NCBI GenBank assembly: GCA_020184695.1
Contig: JAANOX010000003.1
Coordinates: 62,001 to 126,000 of the forward strand
Reading direction: 5' to 3'
Origin: Histomonas meleagridis 2922-C6/04-290x
Taxonomy: Eukaryota > Protista > Parabasalia
DNA length: 64,000 nt
The notes beneath the pieces are model-generated. The model was given only the letters and a program-made list of their open reading frames with translations. It was not told the origin of the DNA and ran no database searches. Shown in pieces: positions 42,042 through 52,454 of the stretch (position 1 is its first letter; every line of letters starts with the position of its first letter). The position numbers were made by a program, and so were the translations under genes.

Positions 42042-43500
42042 ACAGCACTTAGTGTAGCATTGAAAAAAGGTGACCTAGAAATAATCAATTTACTTCTAAA
42101 GCATGATAAGATAAATCTTAGTTCTAGTTATCGTTATATTATATCCAAAGTTATTTATTTGTTTTATAAATATTTTATTTTTTTATTTGATATCTCACAA
42201 TTATATTTTATGATTATTTTTATTATTTAAAACAGTTCTTATTGTAGTTTGTGAAATAGGTAACTTAGAAATGGTCAAATCTATTCTTAAACATAAAGAA
42301 ATTGATATTAATTATATCAATAAAAAAGATGTTTATTTAAATGAATTTTAATTTATTTCCAATTTTCAATATTTTATTATAATATTTGGAATTTATTTAA
42401 ATTATTTAACACGGCACTTATTGAAGCAGCTGAAAAAGGTAAAACAGATATAGTTAAATTACTTCTTGAACAAAAAGGAATTGATATCAATGCTAAAAAT
42501 ATTTTTTTATATTATTTAATGCTTGTTTTAATGTTTTTTTGTTTGAATTTCGTATTTGGGAATTATTTGAATCATTTAATACAGCATTTCTAAAAGCATC
42601 TGAAAATAATCATGTAGAAACAGTTAAAATTTTTCTTGAAACAGAAGAAATAGATATTAACGAACAAGATATTATTCCCTTTTATTTAGTGTTAAATAAT
42701 GAAATTTAATATTCTAAAAAAATATTTGGAATAATACCATTTATTTATGCATCTTTAAATGGTTCCATAGAATTAATTAAATTGTTTCTCGAGAAAGGAA
42801 AAATTGATATTAATTTTGCAGATATTCATTTACTTTTTATAGTATTTGTTTGAATAATTTGGAGTTACAAAGTATTATTCGGAATTTATTTAATTTATTT
42901 GATACAGCACTTATTTATGCAGCTTGTTATGGTAATACAGAAATAGTAAAAATTCTTCTTAAACAAGAAGGTATAGATGTTAATGCAAAGGATAATATTT
43001 ATATATTTAATTTAAAATTTATTCAAATAGTTTTGGATTTTAAAAAATTAATTGGAAAATGTTTATATTAATTTTGTCAGCACTTATTTATGCATCTAAA
43101 AAAAATTATATAGAAATTGCTAATTTACTTGTTAAGCATGAAAAAATTGATATCAATGTTAAAGATATTTTTTTGTTATAAACAATATTTATTTGATTAA
43201 TTTAAAATTAAAAAATAACATTTGGAATTTATTAATAAAATAATTTACTGCGCTTATGTGGGCATCTTATAATGGCAATAAAGAAATTGTTAACTTGCTC
43301 CTTGAACAAAAAGGAATTGATATAAATGCAAAAAATATTTAATTGTTTTAAATAATGTTTGTTATTATAAAATTTATTTTCAAAATAAAATTTGGAAATA
43401 ATATATATTACTTAAAACAGCACTTAATTTAGCATCTATAAGAGGTCATAATGAAATAATTGAATTGCTTAAAATAAAAGAAACCAAAGAAATCAAATAA
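42042..43500 (+). other. Ankyrin cassette array C: 9 ankyrin cores at an about 170-nt period; the last core ends in TAA(A)
   Basis: Core starts at 42042, 42232, 42411, 42581, 42734, 42904, 43077, 43247 and 43417. Examples: TALIEAAEKGKTDIVKLLLEQKGIDINAKNI and TALMWASYNGNKEIVNLLLEQKGIDINAKNI. The terminal core reads TALNLASIRGHNEIIELLKIKETKEIK* (43498-43500). Confidence 0.9.
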
Positions 43501-43621
43501 ATTCGATCATAAAATGAAACAAATATAGAAATGTAATTAAATGAATTAACAATAAAAAATTTTTATTATTTATGGTTTTATTTAATATTATTGGTTTTCT
43601 ATCAACAAAAAGCTTCATCTA

Positions 43622-45445
43622 ATGGAACATAAAAGTACAAAAAACACATCTTCAACACCAATTTTCTTAATTTCATCTGAATCAAAGGCAAAATTTAAGC
43701 TTCCTGAATTTTTAACAAACAGATATAAATTCTCATCTGATAGATTTAATATAAATGAAATAATAAATGATCCTGACATTGATGTAAATGAAATTCAAAA
43801 ATATATTAAAGAATGCGAAAAAGGAAAAATAATAACAAATGAATATATGATGCATATTCTTACCAAATGTATTTCTGTACTTGTTTATTTTTCAAATTCT
43901 TTATCAAATTTTGATCAAGAATGTGGTAAGTTTCCCCAAACAATACTTGAACTTCAAACATTTATACATAATGCTTGTAATCTTCCAAATCCCATTTTTA
44001 ATGAAATTCAAATCCATCAAGCACCAAAATCAGAAATTTTAGGAAAGGACTCAATTCTTATAAATGCTCCTTTGATTTACACAACCTTTTTGCAGCAAAA
44101 ACGAATTGATGAATCAATAAAGTTTGTGATCAATTGTTTAAATAATCCTCAACTTTCAGAAATCAAAACAACAAAAAAATGGGTCGAAAAAATATGTCAG
44201 GAACTGAAACATGAGATTCAAGAAAAAATTATGAAAATGAAAATTGAATCATATGAATTAAAAAATGAATTATTGAAACTTATTTCATTTAATTTAGAAC
44301 GAGATGCTGTTGATATCTTTATTGAATTAGCAACTCATTCATTGAAGGAAAAAATTAAACAAGATCCCATAAATACTTTGGAAAATGTTGAATTGATTTC
44401 ATTTACATTATGTAATGAAATTAATAAGTGTATATCCTTTTTTATGGATTCATTTTCAAAGAAATATTTTTATATTATAATTGCATGGGCAGAAGAACAA
44501 TTAGAAGAGAATTTACCTTTGTTCAATTCTAGTAAATTTTATAAAAACTTTAATCTTGTTAAAGATTCTATTAAGATATCAAAAAAATATATCCAAATGC
44601 TTGAGGAAGTTGGATTATCATGCACATATTTATTAGATTATCCATATAAAATTTTTCATGAAATGCTTAATTTTTCATTAAATGAACACATAAAAGATAT
44701 TATTAGTTCTGTTCTTGATGAATGTTTTGAATTAAATTTTCTACAAAATAAAGATGAATCGAAGTTATCATCAAGATCATTAACATGCTTTACTCAATCT
44801 CTTTCTAATTTTATGAATGAAATTGAGATATTTTATTGTAAAAATATATTTAATATTTCGATATATTTTTTGAAAAACATTGTATTATCTTATCAAGCTG
44901 AATGTATTAAGCAAATTGAAGTTTCAAATTTTACTTTACCAAAACTTCATTCAATTCTTTCATATGTTATTATTTCTGAAAGCGAGATAAAGAATTCATT
45001 TAATGAGTTCGAGCGAATCACTTCAATTAAATACCCTTTAGAAGAAATGGTATTTAATGAAATAATACTGACAAAAGAACAAATTATACAAAAAATTGTT
45101 TCAAAATTTACATTATCTTTACTAAATAAAATTCCAAAAGAAATCAAAAAGAAAAAACATCAAAAGTCAAAATTATTATTACCTATTATAAATGAAATCA
45201 AAGAATTTTATTTGACATATAATTTACCACAGAATTTAAAGGATAAAACAGATGAAGAAATGATAGAACAGATCATTATAATAACTCAAAAAATCATCGA
45301 ATGCAAAATAAAAAAATCCCAAAAAAAGTCTTTTGTCACATATTCGGAATATTTTATAGAGAACACTAGGGATATATTCAATGAAACAATCAATAAAACT
45401 TTTAGGAAAAGAATCAAAAGTATGCAAATCAAATTGTTTTCTTAA
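43622..45445 (+). CDS. Exo84/EXOC8-like (CATCHR helical tether) protein
   Basis: AVDIFIELATHSLKEKI, IIIAWAEEQLEENLPLF and KYIQMLEEVGLSCTYLL resemble Exo84 C-terminal motifs (from memory of the family, not searched). Confidence 0.5.
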   Translation: MEHKSTKNTSSTPIFLISSESKAKFKLPEFLTNRYKFSSDRFNINEIINDPDIDVNEIQKYIKECEKGKIITNEYMMHILTKCISVLVYFSNSLSNFDQECGKFPQTILELQTFIHNACNLPNPIFNEIQIHQAPKSEILGKDSILINAPLIYTTFLQQKRIDESIKFVINCLNNPQLSEIKTTKKWVEKICQELKHEIQEKIMKMKIESYELKNELLKLISFNLERDAVDIFIELATHSLKEKIKQDPINTLENVELISFTLCNEINKCISFFMDSFSKKYFYIIIAWAEEQLEENLPLFNSSKFYKNFNLVKDSIKISKKYIQMLEEVGLSCTYLLDYPYKIFHEMLNFSLNEHIKDIISSVLDECFELNFLQNKDESKLSSRSLTCFTQSLSNFMNEIEIFYCKNIFNISIYFLKNIVLSYQAECIKQIEVSNFTLPKLHSILSYVIISESEIKNSFNEFERITSIKYPLEEMVFNEIILTKEQIIQKIVSKFTLSLLNKIPKEIKKKKHQKSKLLLPIINEIKEFYLTYNLPQNLKDKTDEEMIEQIIIITQKIIECKIKKSQKKSFVTYSEYFIENTRDIFNETINKTFRKRIKSMQIKLFS

Positions 45446-45547
45446 AATCAAAGATAAAAGAACAACAAGAGAACATGCCTAAGGAAATATTTATTAATAA
45501 CAGTATTAATATAATTATTAATGTAAAATAAAAATAAAAATATATTT

Positions 45548-45790
45548 TCATTCTGTTGGTATAAAATGAGGGGAATCAGGGTTAATGTTTACGTCATTAA
45601 GTGTTGGTGTATTTTGTGATTTTTTAATGCTATTTATAATGATGTAAAAAGTAAAATATGTTAAACCAATCATCATGATTAAAATTAATATAATAACAAT
45701 ATAACAAATGATTGGTATTGACTTGAAATGAATATGCAATGGTTCTCTATCTAATGAATTGCCTATGAGAGGCAATAAAAAGAAAAACAT
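45548..45790 (-). CDS. Small membrane protein (80 aa; signal peptide plus one TM)
   Basis: ATG start, hydrophobic N-terminus, long TM segment (IICYIVIILILIMMIGLTYFTFYII) and polar tail. Confidence 0.45.
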   Translation of the reverse strand: MFFFLLPLIGNSLDREPLHIHFKSIPIICYIVIILILIMMIGLTYFTFYIIINSIKKSQNTPTLNDVNINPDSPHFIPTE

Positions 45791-45843
45791 TTAATTGGCC
45801 GCAAAAATTATTAATTGTCGTTTTTGGGGCGCCCTACTACACC

Positions 45844-48006
45844 ATGTCCAACAAGTCTTCGCTTCCCACTTGCTATGATTTCCAGCAACAAATCAAAAGT
45901 CAAAAGGCTGCATTACAAGCCTTAGATAGCCAAATTGATTTACAACAATCTCATGCTACAAATCTTCTCAAGCAAACAGTAATTAAAAAGCATTTACAAA
46001 TTCAAAGAGTTTTTATAACAGAAGAGTTCATCAGAGGAAGAATCAAGGACCCACTTAATACAGTTCCTTTCACAGCAACAGACCTTGATGTAAGCCCAAA
46101 CTTTGCTTCTTTGGATCTTCCTGACGATTTTTCAAAAGGTCCAATGAAAGCATTTTTAAATGATTTCCTTGACAGCCTTGACAACTTTCTTCCATCATTT
46201 TATATGCTCAACCCATCAAAAATTCCACCCAATCCAAAATATGCAGATCAAACGGCTATTCTTCTTCGTTGCGTATTTCCAACTTTATTCGGTTATTCGT
46301 GGTCCAAAGAATCATCACAAGCTTATGCAAACAACATCGTCACATGGTTTGGTGAAATTTACAAAACAAAACCAACAATCTTACAAAATTTCGAAAACCA
46401 CTGGATGAGTAAGTGTATAACAGGATTTTTTTCCACGCTTAATCTTTCACAATTTGTATCTACAACAATCAAACCTCTTCTTTGGGAATTTGTTCAACTC
46501 TCTGCAAATGATCAGAGAAGCCCTTCAATTATTCTTACCTTTTCTACTCGTCTTCTCGCATCAATTCATGAAAACTTTCGTTTTCTTCCATCTGTTCTTA
46601 ATAAATTCTATCGCGATCTTCTCCAAATTGTAACGCCAGATTTACATGCTACAGTAATAAGATACTTCTTTTACGAAACCATTATCAGACCTTGCTTGGA
46701 TAATCCACTCCTTGCATCAGTTTCGGACATTATGCTGCCGATAAACGATTATTCTCAATTTTCAAAACTTTACATACCGTTCGAACTAAAGTTCAATTGC
46801 TGCGAAGAAAAATCGCCTCTTGTCGAGGAAATACAGAAACTTCAGGAATTTTCACAGTTCCAACCAATGTCTGTGATGGATGACATTAATGCGCAAAAGG
46901 CATCACAAGAATTATTGACACTTGAAGAATTTTGCCAAATTGTTCAATGTGCTCATCAACCTTTATTAATGTCCACCCATCACTTGTCATTGCTCTTTCG
47001 ATTTGTGGCTTCTTTACAGCATACTGGTTTCCTTCCATCATCAATTTCAAGATCGATTTCAAATGTTTCGCAACAAGCCCTTCCAGACAAACTAGAAGTT
47101 CTCCCCAACCAATACTTCTGGTTTCCATGCTATTCACTTACATATCTTTCGATATCATCAATCAAATTTTCAAGTGAGTCAAAAACAATACCAATTTATA
47201 AACTTCTGTCAAATGAAAACTTTAGAGTTAACCCTAACGAACTTGATTTCAACAAAGCTTTAGAGAAAGCTACATATGCCACACCAATCAATTCTCATCC
47301 AGAGATCAAAATGGAGTATAAATGGCTTTGTGAAAATTACAAACAAGATTTCACACTTTCATTAGCTGAAGAGATTTCGAAGAAACAAAAAGAAATCGAA
47401 AAGAAGCGTAAACGGTCGCTAGCTCTATCGTCCTTCACAAAATTTTTAGAAGACGAAAAAAGTTCTATTTTATTTGGGCAATATCAAGCTCTTTCTATCG
47501 CGATATTTCCACAATTTGCTGGAAGGTATCCTGAAAAAATTAATTCAAATGCTTTTCTTACAAAACTTTTAGATCGTGCCGAAGAGTTTTGTGGGAAATC
47601 GTTTGAGTTAATTGCGCCTTATTTTATTGCGTCCTTCCTCATCGAGACAACACAATGGATTAAGGCTATTCCATCTAATGAGAAAGAAGAAGAAATTGAT
47701 GAAGAAATTAGGGAAATCCAAAAATGTATATCAAAGCCTTTCCAAGTTTCTTCTTTCCTTCCAATAGGTCAGAGCTTGGCAAAGGATTTGATGTTCCTTG
47801 ATGAATATGCAAAATTGAGTAATATGAATTTTGAGGAATTAGTGAAAAAAGTATACGTTCCACCATTTTCAAGTAAGACGGCTGATTTGGCTGGACAGAT
47901 TTCTTTGGGATTGCTGAGCTTACCAACAAAGCTGTTGAGCTTTGTTCTCTCAAATGATGAGCTCTCGTTATTGAAAAGGTTTGTTTCGATTTATGGCGTC
48001 AAGTGA
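45844..48006 (+). CDS. RasGAP-like fold protein (720 aa)
   Basis: IRYFFYETIIRPCLDNP resembles the RasGAP FLRF..PAI..P motif. Also VFPTLFGYSWS. Confidence 0.45.
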   Translation: MSNKSSLPTCYDFQQQIKSQKAALQALDSQIDLQQSHATNLLKQTVIKKHLQIQRVFITEEFIRGRIKDPLNTVPFTATDLDVSPNFASLDLPDDFSKGPMKAFLNDFLDSLDNFLPSFYMLNPSKIPPNPKYADQTAILLRCVFPTLFGYSWSKESSQAYANNIVTWFGEIYKTKPTILQNFENHWMSKCITGFFSTLNLSQFVSTTIKPLLWEFVQLSANDQRSPSIILTFSTRLLASIHENFRFLPSVLNKFYRDLLQIVTPDLHATVIRYFFYETIIRPCLDNPLLASVSDIMLPINDYSQFSKLYIPFELKFNCCEEKSPLVEEIQKLQEFSQFQPMSVMDDINAQKASQELLTLEEFCQIVQCAHQPLLMSTHHLSLLFRFVASLQHTGFLPSSISRSISNVSQQALPDKLEVLPNQYFWFPCYSLTYLSISSIKFSSESKTIPIYKLLSNENFRVNPNELDFNKALEKATYATPINSHPEIKMEYKWLCENYKQDFTLSLAEEISKKQKEIEKKRKRSLALSSFTKFLEDEKSSILFGQYQALSIAIFPQFAGRYPEKINSNAFLTKLLDRAEEFCGKSFELIAPYFIASFLIETTQWIKAIPSNEKEEEIDEEIREIQKCISKPFQVSSFLPIGQSLAKDLMFLDEYAKLSNMNFEELVKKVYVPPFSSKTADLAGQISLGLLSLPTKLLSFVLSNDELSLLKRFVSIYGVK

Positions 48007-48324
48007 TGTGAAAATCACCTAAACGGTCGTGCAGCACTTTTACATAAACTCTTTTTATTTTTGTCTCAATAAAATTCATTCTTTCTGTAGATGTAACTCA
48101 TAAAAGTATACTTTTCGATTATTATCACATAATCCTCTTAGAAGTAATTTATAAAATTTGTGTTTTGGTGAACGAAAACACGGGCCTACTTTGTGGGACA
48201 GGCGATAGCTATCGTTGGCCGTTTTTTATGCCAATAATTTTCTTAGAAAATAATTATCCCAATATTACAGAGACCGTTAAAAAGAACCGTTTAAAAATAA
48301 AGGTACCTGTTTTTTGTATATATT

Positions 48325-49671
48325 ATGATCGACGCTCGATCAAAACCAGGTCAAAATTCAATAGCGGAATACAACAGCTTGTCACTTTTTGAGTGGGTGA
48401 TCACCTTGTTTAGAATGATCAAATCGAAGCGACTTCTTGATCCGTATGAACATATTTTCCATCTTTGGAAAGGATTTCTTATGGCTGGCGTGGAATTTGA
48501 AAAACCTGGATATACAGAACAAGCAGTAGAAGAAATCATTCGAACAAATAGCGGGTTTCATCTAAAGGCAAATCTCCTGGGATATAAGCCAACAAAAGTA
48601 CCGCCGCAAATACGTAGAATTCCTTCCAACCTTAAATCACTCGAACAAGTTGCTGATTGGATGCATCATAACTTTACTCCTAATGCTCGAGATACGCTTG
48701 CTACCATTGCATATGATGATACTCGAGTAATGTTAAACACGTCTCACATGTGTGGAGATGGAGTTCACCATGCAAAACTTGTTGAACATCTTTGCAATCC
48801 AGAAGAAAAATGGCCAGATGCCGTACTCCCAGCAAGTAGTGCAAACGATTTTTATCCTCTAATTCATGACAAAAAATGGGACAAAGAAAAACCTTTGACA
48901 TGTACAATCGAACCAAATATATCTCGTATACTCAAAAAACGACCTGTTTCCACTAAGAAAGATGCCAAGTATATCCCAGCATCAGTTCGAATTCCTCTTT
49001 CTGAGCTTTCTTGTTATGATCCATCCACAAATAAATGTCATGGAATTAGTGAAAGTCAATGGATTGCAAATTCGATTTCATGTGCAGTCTTTAATGGTTC
49101 ATTAGAACCATTCGGAGTATCAGTTGTCTACGATTTGAGAAGAATTTTACCACCAGAAAAAATCAATGATCCATCAATTCAAAGTTATATCTCCTCTGTA
49201 ACAGTAAGTGCAAGCCCAAGGCTTGACATGACATTAGAGGAACTTTCGAAGCAAATGCGTGCCAAATTTAATGAGAGTATTGAAAATCATAATTACTTTG
49301 GACATATGAAATCTGTTTGGGAGGCTGTTTGGCGTCCGTGGCGTTGTAAGTCAGTTCCTGGAATTGGAATGGAAGTTTCTTCGATTGGACAAATTAAAAT
49401 TCATCGACCAGTTAAAAATGCGTGGATTGTTTTATATTCGCCAGACAACTACGAAATTTCTGGTACTTCATTTTTGACGTATTCTTTGATTTCAGAGGAA
49501 AAGAAAGAATTTCTTGGAACAATGCAATTCAATACCCTCGAGCTAAACGAAGATGATGGAATGATGCTCACCAAGTCAAGTGAATTTGCAATGAAGAATC
49601 TGAAGGGAAACATGACCGTAAAGGAAGCATTGGACTTGGTTGGAGAACAACAGAAAAACTATAGAAAATAA
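48325..49671 (+). CDS. HxxxDG CoA-dependent acyltransferase (condensation/alcohol-acetyltransferase-like)
   Basis: Contains SHMCGDG, plus later VVYDLRR and SSIGQI motifs. The real start may be 48412 or 48481. Confidence 0.7.
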   Translation: MIDARSKPGQNSIAEYNSLSLFEWVITLFRMIKSKRLLDPYEHIFHLWKGFLMAGVEFEKPGYTEQAVEEIIRTNSGFHLKANLLGYKPTKVPPQIRRIPSNLKSLEQVADWMHHNFTPNARDTLATIAYDDTRVMLNTSHMCGDGVHHAKLVEHLCNPEEKWPDAVLPASSANDFYPLIHDKKWDKEKPLTCTIEPNISRILKKRPVSTKKDAKYIPASVRIPLSELSCYDPSTNKCHGISESQWIANSISCAVFNGSLEPFGVSVVYDLRRILPPEKINDPSIQSYISSVTVSASPRLDMTLEELSKQMRAKFNESIENHNYFGHMKSVWEAVWRPWRCKSVPGIGMEVSSIGQIKIHRPVKNAWIVLYSPDNYEISGTSFLTYSLISEEKKEFLGTMQFNTLELNEDDGMMLTKSSEFAMKNLKGNMTVKEALDLVGEQQKNYRK

Positions 49672-50431
49672 ACGGTTAAATCAATTCAGAAGGTTTTAAA
49701 ACCCGCATAAACTATTTAATTCGCACTTTTCAACGAATTTGAGTCAAATTTTTTCTGGTTAAAAAACCGTTTTCAGGGAAAGCTTCGGAACCTATCGTTT
49801 AAGCGACAAAAGTGACAAAGTAATGAATAACGTTACACACAAAACTTTCATTGTTTTGAGAAAAATGGCAATATAATTTTCATTAGCACCATTACTCTTA
49901 GCTAAAGAATGATAGTACGTGTTATTCACATGTTTGTCCACATCGTGGTCAAAAAATCTGTGAAATTTGCATGAAACTTTAATCCACCATTATTAAATAA
50001 TGTTTTTAATTAAATATCATAGACGAAAAAATAATCAAATTAAAGGACAAAATAAAGACATTTTTTTATGTAAATAATTCTTTTTGCCTAATTAAACTGA
50101 TCATAAAATAATTAATTGATGAAATAGTTTTTCGTCACATATTTGAATGAATAAATTATTTAAATTTATCATGTCTGTGCATTTCTTTCCTTCCATTTTA
50201 TTTATGAAATTTTAATTATTAAAACAAATTCAGTAAACATTATCGCATATATGATCAGAAGTAGTAACCAATGATATCTGATTTTATATGGGGTTTATCA
50301 TGTTATTTTTACTGAAAGCACATTTCAAATTCTGATTTCTGATGGGAGAACAGATGATACATAGATAAAAAGACAATGTACAAGTGAAGATAAGCTGCCA
50401 TTGATATATATAAATTTTCAAATTATCGAGT

Positions 50432-51037
50432 TTACTCGTGCTTTAGTGGTTTATTTGGTTTAGCGTGGATTGCAGATAATGGCAAAGGATTGCCGCCTTT
50501 TTTGATTATATCGAAGATTTTCGCAATTGATTCTGGTGTAAGATTTTGATAGTAAACGCCATCAACAATCATTGTTGGCGCGTTAGCACATGCACCCAAG
50601 CATTCAACCTCTGTCAAATCAAACATTCCGTCCTTTGAACCGCCTTCTTTGAATGTTCCATTGCATGCAGTTTCAATTGCTTTCTTTATGGCATCTGAGC
50701 GATTAACATAGCAAGACAAACCATTACACCTTTCAACAAGATGTTTACGAGCCTTTGAAAATCTGAACATGGAGTAAAAAGATGCTGTTTCATGTACACG
50801 GCCTAATGAAGTTTCGGTTAATTTAGCGACTTCTTCGAGCGCGCCTCTATTAAGGTATCCACCGTTTTCTTCTTGAGCAAGATGGAGGAGTGGAATAATA
50901 GCAGATTTCTTTTTATCAGTTGGATACAAAGCAAATATTGCCTTGACTTTTCCCATGTCCTTGAATGAAAATTTACCATCAAGAAGAGTTGCCTTCCTTG
51001 TCACTCTTGAGAAGAATGAGCAGCCTTGGCTAAGCAT
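50432..51037 (-). CDS. nuoE: Hydrogenosomal NADH dehydrogenase 24-kDa subunit (NuoE-like, 2Fe-2S)
   Basis: IIPLLHLAQEENGGYL, ASFYSMF, and CNGLSC / CLGAC (four Cys ligands). The track start at 51058 is TTG; the ATG at 51037 gives MLSQGCSFFSR, a hydrogenosomal presequence-like leader. Confidence 0.92.
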   Translation of the reverse strand: MLSQGCSFFSRVTRKATLLDGKFSFKDMGKVKAIFALYPTDKKKSAIIPLLHLAQEENGGYLNRGALEEVAKLTETSLGRVHETASFYSMFRFSKARKHLVERCNGLSCYVNRSDAIKKAIETACNGTFKEGGSKDGMFDLTEVECLGACANAPTMIVDGVYYQNLTPESIAKIFDIIKKGGNPLPLSAIHAKPNKPLKHE

Positions 51038-51361
51038 CCAACAAGTGCCACTTTCCAAACCAAACCGCTACGATAGACATTCAATATTTTATTAGCGATG
51101 ATAAGAATCATCATGTGAAGTGACATAACCTCTTTTTGTGATTGAATATGGTTCAATTTTGCCCATTTCGCATCACATTTCATGTATGTAAAGATAAACT
51201 ATTGAAAAAGAACGAATATCTAAACGGTCGTTTAGGAGCGTCCCGGAATTCAATACTATTTCAAAATTGAGCGATATTCAATTTGCCAAAAACAACAAAC
51301 AAATTTCAAGCAAACTAAGTCAAATTTTCACATAAACTGTCACCAAATTAAAAGTCACTAT

Positions 51362-51800
51362 TAATTGTAAAGCGAAATTGATAACTTTACAGTATTCAAA
51401 ATTTTTTTTGTATAATGATAAATCATTTTTCGACTTGCGTTTTCATTAGCTATTGATGTTATTGAATATGATCCATCATTAGCTTGTAGTTTTTTATTTG
51501 AAGGGGTTTATATATTTAATTTATCATATCCATCATTATGTCAAATTTTCAAATTCGATTGCACAAATAGCTCATCGTAATCGAGATATTAATCGTTTTC
51601 ATTATACACAATCGATGAAACATTTTGTAGATAAAGTTCGTTGTGATAAAGCATTACTAATTGATCATTTGCAATGTCTGGTGACAATTTATGTGCCGCT
51701 TCACTGAGTTGTTTTTTAATAAATAAACAGAAATTTGGTTGTGATATAAAAACGCATATTATTTCTTTATTTTCGTATTTTGAAATGAATAAAATAACTT
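51362..51800 (-). pseudogene. Possible decayed ORF (about 145 codons, 3 internal stops)
   Basis: One minus frame reads KYENKEIICVF...IKKQLSEAAHKLSPDIANDQLVMLYHNELYLQ...*...*...*..., with fewer stops than expected for AT-rich DNA. No homology assigned. Confidence 0.25.
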
Positions 51801-52454
51801 TTTATCACATATACTTATTCGTGCACAACTGTGCAATCCAACTTTAAAGGCAATTGTTGTTTTAAAATGAGAAAAAAATTGGGTTTTGATATGTTTATTA
51901 CATTAGAATAATAACTCATTGTGACCATTAAAATAAAATACAAATTGGTGAATTCGTATCCAATACTAATCGTATATGGATTCTGCTGCGGTATTGTGCT
52001 GTGATGTCATCGTAAATGTGAATATTCCACATAACATTAATTATTCCTTAAGAAAGAATTAAAGAGGGTTTTAAGGCGAAATTTTTAATGACTTATGACA
52101 AAATCTTATTTTCTTCCCAAATGAGAAGAATTGAATTCCATGTTTTACGTTCAATCTCATGCCAAAATCCATATCATGTATCTTTCTAGTATGTGAGGGA
52201 GAGTTGGGTTTTTTGTATAAATGTGAAAATAATACATAGGGGTCTATTGATTCGCAGATTCCCTTGAAAGAATTTTGTATGCAAGCCATCGTTTTTTTAC
52301 GTTTGACTTTTCTGTTCATTGAATTCCTGCGAATTGATTTTTGAATAGGATTTGATGGTAATTGAAGAGGAAATTTTCTCAAAATTCAAAGCACAGAAAA
52401 AAAAAATTGCCACTTGTGGCATTTTCTTATTTTTCGGCAACGAAATCCCTTCTT

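Noticed and set aside
30104-43500. Ankyrin arrays interpreted as CRISPR arrays or as canonical spliceosomal introns
   Set aside because: The repeating part is a variable protein-coding core, there are no cas genes, and the context is eukaryotic. Spacers lack 5' GT. The ACAG of the Thr-Ala codons is not conserved as a 3' AG (ACGG, ACTG and GGTG variants occur), and the ACTAAC branch motif is absent (one ACTAAT only).
30104-43500. Stop-codon reassignment as the explanation for the arrays
   Set aside because: All long ORFs are stop-free and end normally in TAA, TAG or TGA. Successive cores are in different frames, so readthrough alone cannot join them.
52071-52382. 103-aa minus-strand ORF
   Set aside because: It overlaps the BspA upstream region and has no recognisable motif or typical composition.
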